Below the pieces are notes generated by a model that worked only from the letters and a program-made list of their open reading frames with translations, was not told where the DNA came from and did not search any database. A stretch of 64,000 nt of DNA from an uncultured delta proteobacterium (lineage in GTDB: Bacteria; Myxococcota_A; Polyangia; Fen-1088): assembly GCA_963737265.1 (NCBI GenBank), contig CAVTRY010000012.1, positions 224,001 through 288,000 on the forward strand. Reading direction: 5' to 3'. Both the position numbers and the translations under genes were made by a program. This document shows positions 23,037 through 30,617 of this stretch, in pieces (position 1 is the stretch's first letter; the number at the start of each line of letters is the position of its first letter).

Positions 23037-23124
23037 TGAGCGGCGACTCGGACCTTTTCATAGCTACGCATGACTAGATCCACATCTTCAAGCAGGGCAG
23101 GGGCAGTTGTCTTGAACAGAAACA

Positions 23125-23951
23125 TCAGTATCCAGAGGCGATCGATATGCCGTCACCGTTGCCATTGCCGATTTCGATGGAATCGAGGTCGTTTCGCGCC
23201 CCGGCATGAGAATACTGTTGCCAGCCAAGAACATCGTTGAAGCGGGAAGATACGTTGCCCCAAGAGGTAAGGAGGGGCAAGCAACCATAACACTCGATGT
23301 CGCCATCGATCCTCCAGCCATTCGCGAGCGCCGCCCAGGTGGCGCCGTCCGCTTCATTCAAGCTGTTGGAGTGCTGTCGTGAAGCGCCTGCGCCTGTGCT
23401 CAAATCGAAGCTTCGGAGGGATTGCCCCGAATGAAGCTCCATCTGCTCCAGCCCATCGGAGGATCGAGGCCAAGCGCCGAAGAAGAGCCTCCGCTGCCGC
23501 CCGCGGCCGCGGAGCCGCCATTGCTCGTCGAACCGCCAGAGCCGGTCGCGCCGCCTGAGCCAGTGGTACTGCCCGTGACGACCGCGCCCCCGGAGCCAGT
23601 CGCGCCGCCTGTCCCAGTCGCGCCGCCAGAGCCGGTCGCCCCGCCGGAAACAGTGGCGCCGCCTGCCCCGGTCGAACCATGAGAGCCAGTGGTGCCGCCC
23701 GTGACAGCCGCACCGCCAGAGCCAGTGGCGCCGCCCGCGACTGCCGCCCCACCGTGGCCGGCGCCGCTACCGCCCGCGGTCACACCGCCCGAGCTTGCGC
23801 TGCCGCCGCTACCCACTCTGCCGCCTGTGCTCGTTCCGCCTGAGCCGGTAGAGCCACCGTTGTTCGATTGGCAGCCAGGCGCAAAGAATGCAGACGCGAT
23901 CAGGGCAGCGCTCGCCAACAACCTCGAACGGCAGGAGAATGCACTTGTCAT
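23125..23951 (-). pseudogene. Degraded GH27-like lipoprotein with Gly-rich linker
   Basis: Lipobox APGC, Gly/Thr linker, PPMGWS, then a frame change near 23400 into WRIDGDIECY...NDLDSIEIGNG. The middle and end of the catalytic domain are missing. Confidence 0.75.
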
Positions 23952-24179
23952 AACAACCTCAATGAGATGAAACCAATCGGGTGAAGGGCGGGAACGACCT
24001 GGCCGTTCCTAACCTGAATCTAGATAAACAGTACATAAATATCGAAAAGCAGTCCAAAGCTTGAATCCGTTGCGGGCGAGCAGCGCGTGGCGCCAAGGAT
24101 CGCCGCGTGGCGGTGCCCGTTCGCAGGCACAGATCGGCGATTACGCGAACCCAAAGTGCGACGAGCTATGTGCAGGGTG

Positions 24180-24530
24180 TTAGAGCGCGCCGCCCGTGAA
24201 CCACTCGACGAGCAGACGTTTGCCGTTCGGTCCGAGACCACCGCCCGGTGGCATCTGGTGCGGGTTCGAATAGACTGCGTCCTCGATCATCTTGTATGCC
24301 ATCGAGTGTGCGCCCAAGATGCTCCCGGTATCGTCCAAGACATCGAGCCTGAAGGTTGTGGGTGCGCCATGATCCGACGGCGAGCTGTGACAGATGAGAC
24401 AGTGATCCGCGAGATAGGGGCGAATGTCCTCGGCGTAGGTCGGATTGGCTGGCACCGATGAAATATCGGGCACGGCAATGGTGCATGCCGGCAGGCACAG
24501 TGCGAACAGGGGCCCAATCAACCGGCGCAT
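24180..24530 (-). CDS. Small monoheme c-type cytochrome lipoprotein
   Basis: Lipobox-like LPAC, CLICH heme motif, distal MPP. Confidence 0.72.
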   Translation of the reverse strand: MRRLIGPLFALCLPACTIAVPDISSVPANPTYAEDIRPYLADHCLICHSSPSDHGAPTTFRLDVLDDTGSILGAHSMAYKMIEDAVYSNPHQMPPGGGLGPNGKRLLVEWFTGGAL

Positions 24531-24531
24531 G

Positions 24532-25221
24532 TCAGAAAATCCATACCGTGGCCGCGACCGTAAGCAAGCCAAAGGTGGAATAGCCAATGATCTGGTGCGT
24601 CCGCGCCAGGGTCTGCAGGTCGTGCGGATTGCCGGCCTGAGCCCGCGCGTGGGTGAAGAGCCCAAGTCCGATTTCCGTGAGCATGCCCAAGGTGGCACCA
24701 GCCGTTGCGATCCGGTGCACCAGCGCGGTGTCAAAGCGCAAGGGCCTGGCGTAGGGCTTGGGAGCCAGGATGGACAATGTCCCCGTGCCGAGAAATGCAG
24801 CGGAGGTAGCGATGACCAAGATCGTGTGCGCGCTTTGCCACTCTCGGCTGCCGCCGCCGCCGCCGTACAATTGATTGTAGTTGAGTTGGCCGACGGTGAC
24901 CGTGGCCGCCATCAGCGCCCACGTGGCAAGGCCCAACGCCTGATGCGTTTTGAGCATCCACCGCCGCGTCCGCACCTTCGCCTCGAAATTGGGATCCGAT
25001 GCAACGAAGGGTGCTTTCAATCCCGGGGAGCCCGGGGCATCCGCGGCAAAAAAATCAAAATCGAGCTTTCCCGAAGCGTTTTTGGCCGAACTCCCCGGAG
25101 CGGCTTCTTGCCCAGCCGCCAAGTCCAAGGCGCCGGCCAAATCCCCGCTCTCCCCAGCCTTGGCGGGAACGGGAACCAGCAGGAATGAACAAGCAAGAAG
25201 AAGAGAAAGTTGCAGTCGCAT
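24532..25221 (-). CDS. Hypothetical membrane protein with His-bearing helices
   Basis: Signal peptide plus about four TM segments, each preceded by His; directly upstream of the cytochrome gene. Confidence 0.65.
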   Translation of the reverse strand: MRLQLSLLLACSFLLVPVPAKAGESGDLAGALDLAAGQEAAPGSSAKNASGKLDFDFFAADAPGSPGLKAPFVASDPNFEAKVRTRRWMLKTHQALGLATWALMAATVTVGQLNYNQLYGGGGGSREWQSAHTILVIATSAAFLGTGTLSILAPKPYARPLRFDTALVHRIATAGATLGMLTEIGLGLFTHARAQAGNPHDLQTLARTHQIIGYSTFGLLTVAATVWIF

Positions 25222-25374
25222 GGTGCCCAGGCCGTATGCCTATTTTCTACCCACGAAATGAACTCCCGTCCATGATTTCCTGACAGGTCATCGCCCCTCG
25301 GGGCGGCCCCGGTTTATCGCCCCACCGCACAAAGTCGAAGGACAACCCCGAAGGACAACAGGGACAACCCCATA

Positions 25375-25405
25375 GATAGACCATGGTAATGAACCATGGT
25401 ATAAA
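25375..25405 (+). promoter_or_regulatory. Putative TA autoregulatory operator/promoter
   Basis: Two ACCATGGT palindromes (25380-25387, 25393-25400) followed by ATAAAT, just upstream of the antitoxin. Confidence 0.55.
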
Positions 25406-25412
25406 TGTCTTC

Positions 25413-25652
25413 ATGCACACGATGCCCATTTCTAAATTCAAGGCCACATGTCTGGCGACCCTTGAACGGGTTCGGAGGACTGGGCAGCCCCTGTGCGTGA
25501 CCCGATTCGGCAAGCCCATCGCCGAGGTCATGCCGCCAACACCCGCGCCCCTCCCGCGAAACTGGATGGGCAGTTTGCGCGGCACCGGCAAGATTTTGGC
25601 TGATTTGACCTCACCCACGGGCGACTTGGTCGAGTGGGAGGTTCAAGAGTGA
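25413..25652 (+). CDS. Phd/YefM family antitoxin
   Basis: ISKFKATCLATLERV...TRFGKPIAEV; overlaps the toxin start. Confidence 0.88.
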   Translation: MHTMPISKFKATCLATLERVRRTGQPLCVTRFGKPIAEVMPPTPAPLPRNWMGSLRGTGKILADLTSPTGDLVEWEVQE

Positions 25653-26044
25653 AAATTCTGCTCGATACGCACATTTGGATTTGGAGTCATCTGGACCCGT
25701 CCAGGATCAACAAGCGCCTGACCCAGGCTTTGCTCGATCGGGCCAACGAGTTGTGGCTTTCGCCCATCAGCCTGTGGGAATGCACGGTGTTGGCTGGCAA
25801 GAAGCGCTTGGCCCTGAGGGATGGACCAGAGGCATGGATTGCCACTGCGCTGGCGGCGGCGCCAATGCATGAGGCGCCCTTGAACAACGAGGTGGCCCTC
25901 ACCAGCCGTGCGGTCAAAGTTGAACATGACGACCCCGCTGACAGGTTTCTTGCAGCTACCGCAGCCGTTTACGATCTTGTGCTTGCAACCGCGGATTCGC
26001 GGCTCCTGCGGGGCACAGGATTCAAGACCCTCGACAACAGATAA
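25649..26044 (+). CDS. VapC/PIN toxin
   Basis: ILLDTHIWIW, SPISLWE, DPADRFLAATA, TAD. Confidence 0.9.
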   Translation: MKILLDTHIWIWSHLDPSRINKRLTQALLDRANELWLSPISLWECTVLAGKKRLALRDGPEAWIATALAAAPMHEAPLNNEVALTSRAVKVEHDDPADRFLAATAAVYDLVLATADSRLLRGTGFKTLDNR

Positions 26045-26073
26045 ATGACCAGCGCGTGCTGGCCGGCGCCGAC

Positions 26074-26171
26074 CTAAAGCCGCACAAGACTTGCAACCTC
26101 GATGTTCCAGCACGAGCTTGTATCGTAGATGACCTCCAGCCCGTTCGCGTTGGCGAGACCGAAAGATATTG
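26074..26171 (-). pseudogene. Orphan C-terminal fragment of the 888-aa metallophosphoesterase
   Basis: Reads SFGLANANGLEVIYDTSSCWNIEVA versus FGSAGGLEDIYDASSCWNIEVE in 30618-33284. Confidence 0.8.
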
Positions 26172-27121
26172 TCAGTAGGCAATCAGCAGCCAGTCGCCTT
26201 CGCTGCTCTGGCCGATGGCGAAGCGGGGGCGTTTGAACTTCGTTCGCTGCAGTTGGAGAAGAATTTCTCTTATCTCTACCTTGTTTTCGGCAATGATGTT
26301 TCCGTGTTCCGTAACGCTCGAAAATTTCCTGCAGCTGTTGTCGTGAAAGAGCACTTGCGATGCCCAAGTAGGAGCTACGACCTCGCCTCCAAAGTCTGCC
26401 AATTTGCGCTTCCAGACTGTCTCCAACCCACGATTTGTTCGGAAGAGAACCGTGTCATCTCTTTCATCGCTGATTTTCCAAAAGAGGAAATCACTGCCCC
26501 GAGAGGCGAACGGCAGACTTGCAGGTGCCCGTTCCGTTTCGTACCTGGTGCGGACCAACCCCCAATCTGCAGGGCCACCGGATTGCGGGCTACCACCTAG
26601 GGTCCAGAACCATTCCCGCTTCTTCTTCATCCATGAAAGCGCCTTTTGCACTACGACGGCTCCCCGTGTGTCGAGAACAGTTGCTGTCGACGGCCAGACC
26701 TCGTCGAACAGGCCAGGTACATTGCCATAGGGGTAGATCTCCTTGAAGGCCTCGATGAGGAGTAGATCCCCCGCTTCGGAGGCTATCGCTCCAGTCTGAT
26801 CGAGCTGGAGCCCGCACGAACACGGTTGTTTAGCGTCTCCTGCCGAATCGGGGCAGCGCGGTTTGTCGATAGCGGCCAAGGGGCGCGACTTTTCCACCGA
26901 CTCGCGGCCATCAAGATCGAAATAGGAAACGACCTTATCGCTCACCACCCACAGCCCGGTGGGACTTGACCGATAGAGCGTAGTCTTCGTGGCCTGAACG
27001 ACGAATGACCGAGCCCGGCCCTTGTGCAGAGTCCCGGTATCGATTTCGACGACCTCGCTGGCACTCGCTACGACGAAGCGGTTGCCAAAGACCTGCCCGG
27101 TCTTGACCTCGCCGACGATGT

Positions 27122-27310
27122 CAGGGCCATCGCATCATCCTACATCGACGCAGGATCCATCAGAGTCTCGGCCATTTCTGGAAGGTTTTCCCCTGGGGTC
27201 GGTGCGCGCGCCGGTGTGCAGGCAGGTTCGGCAGCGCGCACGGGCGCGGAGACCGGCATAACTATCGGCATCTCCGCAAGATCACTTACAATTTAGATGC
27301 GTTGGCCCTG
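27122..27310. mobile_element. 189-bp non-autonomous MITE with ISAs1-type ends
   Basis: Ends CAGGGCCATCGCATC...GATGCGTTGGCCCTG; perfect 10-bp TSD CCGACGATGT (27112-27121, 27311-27320). Confidence 0.9.
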
Positions 27311-27597
27311 CCGACGATGTCGAGAGGGCTTCGTCCCAGCTCGTGCCCCTCTCTGTCCCAAAGCATGAGAGCGAGGGCATCCGTTTCCAGGTTCTTCACA
27401 ATGGCCAGGATCTTGCCCCCGGGCAAGGGATAGACCGGCGGTATGAACTCGCCTTGCACCTGCCAGCTTGCCTGCCATCCCGTGAGCTGCAGTCGTTGGC
27501 TCAGACCACGCACCGTCACACGGTTTTCTTCAGCACGAACATTGTACGTCATGATGAGTCCAGCAAATACGAGTCCAGCGAATACGAGGATCGCACA

Positions 27598-28885
27598 CAG
27601 GGTCATCGCATCTAAATCCCGAACGATCTTCGTGGTATAGCCGGCGCACCAGAGAGGAACGTTTTTTGATTGAAGGGCGATATCGTGGCTTGTTCGTAAG
27701 TCATGAAGCGAACAACCGTGGCGGAACGAGAAAAGGAAGAGCTGGCGGCATCGATCCTGGAGTACTTCGCGTCGGTGCCGGATCCGCGGGTGGAGCGGAC
27801 GCGGCACCACGCGCTGACGGACATCCTGATGCTATCGTTGTGTGCCGTGGTCTGTGGTGCTGACTCCTTCTGTGCTATCGAGACCTATGGGCGGGCAAGA
27901 GAAGCCTGGTTACGAACGTTTATCGGTCTGCGCGGCGGGATTCCCACACACGACACCATCGGGAGGGTGTTTGCAGCCCTGAATCCAGATGCCCTGGCTG
28001 AGAGGTTCCGGCAGTGGATCTTGAGCGTGGCGCGACTCACGAAAGGCGAGGTCGTGGCCATCGACGGCAAGACGCTGCGACGATCCTTCCAAGAGGCCGG
28101 CAGCCACGCTTTCGTCCACATGGTTAGTGCCTGGGCCACCAACAACCACGTGGTTCTTGGGCAGGTCAAGACAGAGGAGAAATCCAACGAGATCACTGCC
28201 ATTCCGCGGTTGCTCAAGCTCCTGAAGATCAAGGGCTGTCTAGTAACTATCGATGCGATGGGCTGCCAGAAGCAGATCACCGCAGATATCCAGGACGCCG
28301 ACGCGGATTACCTGCTCGCGGTGAAGGAGAACCAACCCACGCTCAGCGCTGAAGTGACGACAATCTTCGCGCATTGTCGTCGCGACCCGACGGGATTGGA
28401 CGTGGATTTTCACGAGACACGCGATGTTGGGCACGGACGAACCGAGGTTCGCCGGTGCTGGACCACAAACATGGTCGAGAGCATCTCCCAGTACCAGGAA
28501 TGGACGGGTCTGAGCAGCTTGGTATTGATCGAGTCCGAGCGCACGGTCTCGGGGCACACTTCAACCGAGTGCCGCTACTACATCAGTTCGCGAAAGAACC
28601 TCCCAGCAGATGCCGCTCTCGACGCCGCTCGGAAGCACTGGGGAATCGAAAATGAATTGCACTGGGTTCTCGACGTCACTTTCCGTGAGGACGAATGCCG
28701 TGTTCGCGCCGGCAACGCCGCCCAGAACTTTGCAGTGATGCGCCACATCTCACTCAACCTCCTCAAATCAGTCAAAGACTGCAAGCTCAGCATCAGGCTT
28801 CGCCGAATGCGCGCGGCATGGGATCAGGACTTCATTCTGCAAGTCCTCATGGCCCAACCCGATGTGGGATGATGCGATGACCCTG
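27598..28885 (+). mobile_element. ISAs1 family insertion sequence, copy 1
   Basis: TIR CAGGGTCATCGCATC / GATGCGATGACCCTG; 10-bp TSD GGATCGCACA. Confidence 0.96.
27703..28872 (+). CDS. ISAs1 family transposase
   Basis: VPDPR, AIDGKTLR, KSNEITAIP, TIDAMGCQ, HWGIENELHWVLDV. Confidence 0.96.
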   Translation: MKRTTVAEREKEELAASILEYFASVPDPRVERTRHHALTDILMLSLCAVVCGADSFCAIETYGRAREAWLRTFIGLRGGIPTHDTIGRVFAALNPDALAERFRQWILSVARLTKGEVVAIDGKTLRRSFQEAGSHAFVHMVSAWATNNHVVLGQVKTEEKSNEITAIPRLLKLLKIKGCLVTIDAMGCQKQITADIQDADADYLLAVKENQPTLSAEVTTIFAHCRRDPTGLDVDFHETRDVGHGRTEVRRCWTTNMVESISQYQEWTGLSSLVLIESERTVSGHTSTECRYYISSRKNLPADAALDAARKHWGIENELHWVLDVTFREDECRVRAGNAAQNFAVMRHISLNLLKSVKDCKLSIRLRRMRAAWDQDFILQVLMAQPDVG

Positions 28886-29082
28886 GGATCGCACATCGCA
28901 TGGCTACAGAGCCCTATCGGTAGGGGGCGAACTGGCGACGCCACGAAAAGTTCGGGGCTTCGTTATGGGCGTGGAGGAGACCATCTGTCGGCTCTCACGG
29001 TATATCTGAGTGCCTTCCCACTCGGATTCACCAGGGAGCGGCGCATCTCTCTCGCTCTGGCCCACCTATTCGCCAACCCATA

Positions 29083-29158
29083 GGGGGCGCGCAGCGGCGG
29101 TCAAGGGCGCGCAGCGGCTCGCGAAGCGAGCGAACCCTTGACGGCTGCGAGCACCCCC
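29083..29158. repeat. Long imperfect inverted repeat with inner GCGAAGC hairpin
   Basis: GGGGGCGCGCAGC..GTCAAGGG ... GCTCGCGAAGCGAGC ... CCCTTGACGGCTGCGAGCACCCCC. Confidence 0.75.
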
Positions 29159-29228
29159 GCACGATTGCCGAATGTGGGACGCGGGTGCCCGTCCGCCCTT
29201 GGGTGTCCGTGATAATCCACCCGGTGGA

Positions 29229-29397
29229 TCACGAAATAGCGTGATATCCAACACCAGCATTCTCACCATGGGGAATGATGTCGTATCTTTGCGATCCTCA
29301 GAAGTTCCAGAACGATGGCTTGGCCTCGACCCCAATGTTCCAGCGTGAGCTGAAGTCGTAGATGTCCTCCAGCCCATTCGCGTTGGCGAAACCGGCA
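29229..29397 (-). pseudogene. Orphan C-terminal fragment of the 888-aa metallophosphoesterase
   Basis: Reads GFANANGLEDIYDFSSRWNIGVEAKPSFWNF*GSQRYDIIPHGENAG, matching the C-terminus of 30618-33284 with a Trp-to-stop change. Confidence 0.88.
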
Positions 29398-30606
29398 TCA
29401 ATACGCAATCAGCAACCAATCTCCCTCGGCACCCTGGCCGATGGCGAAACGGGGACGCTTGCCTTGCGTGGCGTCCTGTTCTAGAAAAATCTCTCGGACA
29501 GGCACGGTTGCCTCGACCTTTTGCCCGCCGCGGTCAGAGATACTTGAGAATCTGTAGCTGGTATCGTGAAGAAGTATAGGCGATGTCCACGATGGCGAGA
29601 TGAAGATCTCACCCGCGAAATCCTGTAGGCTACGTTTCCAAAGCAGCTCGAATCTGCGATCTATGCGTTGAATAATCGTCTCATGTGAGCCCGAGGTGAA
29701 CAAAAAGTCGGTGCCGCGGGATGCGAAGAAACGGCCTGCGCCGATTCCGTCAGTCTCATATCGGGTTCGCACCAGTCCCCAGTCCACGGGGCCACCGGAT
29801 TGTGGACTACCCCCTTGGGTCCAAAACCACTCCCGCTTGGTCTTCATCCATGAGTAAGGCCTTTGTACGATGATGTTTCCGTGGGGATCGAGAATGGTCA
29901 CGACAGAAGGCCAAACCTGGTCTGGGAGTACGCCGGTTGTGCTGATGGGATGTCTTTCCAAATACACATCGAGAACGAGCATCTCTCCGGCATCGGACAC
30001 CAGCATCTTCGCTTCCTTCGGCTGGAAGCCTGCCGAGCAAGGCGCCTTGATGCTCGAGGGGTCACTGGAACACGCAGGTTTGTCCGAAACCGACACCAAC
30101 GGCCGATTCCTTGTCATAGGAGCGCGTCCGTCCAAGTCAAAGTAGGAGAGCGCTCGATCAGTGACCTCCCAAAGGCCGCTCGGTCCGGCGTAGTAGTTGG
30201 TCTTCTCGGAGGGAACAGGTAGCTGTCGCGTTCGGCCCGGGCGCAGGTTGTCGGTGTCGTACTCCACCACCTCGCCAGTCGAGGCAACGATCAGATGCCT
30301 TTCTAAAACGCGAGATGCCACCACATCACCCACGAGGGATAAGGGAGATCGTGCCAGCTCCTGACCTTCCTTGTTCCACAAGACGAGGTCCCTCGGCTCC
30401 TTCTCGAGCGTCTTGACGACGGCAAGAATTCTGCCACCCGGAAGCGCATGGATGGGCGGAAGGATCTCGCCCGTGGCCGGCCACGAGGCCTGCCGGCCGG
30501 TGAGCTGCAACCGTTGGTTTAGACTGCGGACTGTTACGAAGTCTTCTCCTGCGCGAACATTTCCGGCCATCATCAACCCTGCCAAAGTGAAAAGGAAGTA
30601 TTCCAT
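29398..30606 (-). CDS. Exported protein, putative immunity protein (402 aa)
   Basis: Signal peptide MEYFLFTLAGLMMAGNVRA; starts 12 bp after the phosphoesterase stop; has a paralog downstream. Confidence 0.7.
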   Translation of the reverse strand: MEYFLFTLAGLMMAGNVRAGEDFVTVRSLNQRLQLTGRQASWPATGEILPPIHALPGGRILAVVKTLEKEPRDLVLWNKEGQELARSPLSLVGDVVASRVLERHLIVASTGEVVEYDTDNLRPGRTRQLPVPSEKTNYYAGPSGLWEVTDRALSYFDLDGRAPMTRNRPLVSVSDKPACSSDPSSIKAPCSAGFQPKEAKMLVSDAGEMLVLDVYLERHPISTTGVLPDQVWPSVVTILDPHGNIIVQRPYSWMKTKREWFWTQGGSPQSGGPVDWGLVRTRYETDGIGAGRFFASRGTDFLFTSGSHETIIQRIDRRFELLWKRSLQDFAGEIFISPSWTSPILLHDTSYRFSSISDRGGQKVEATVPVREIFLEQDATQGKRPRFAIGQGAEGDWLLIAY

Positions 30607-30617
30607 AGCACCAGAAT

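Larger units (their letters stand above)
26172..28901 (-). pseudogene. Second exported immunity-like gene (paralog of 29398-30606), interrupted by ISAs1 and a MITE
   Basis: Removing both insertions restores MRCAILVFAGLVFAGLIMTYNVRAEE...EGDWLLIAY, collinear with the 29398-30606 protein. Confidence 0.85.

Noticed and set aside
25337-25371. Three GGACAAC repeats
   Set aside because: Short and irregularly spaced; no function can be supported.
29065-29170. Integron attC site
   Set aside because: No properly paired RYYYAAC/GTTRRRY boxes and no integron integrase.
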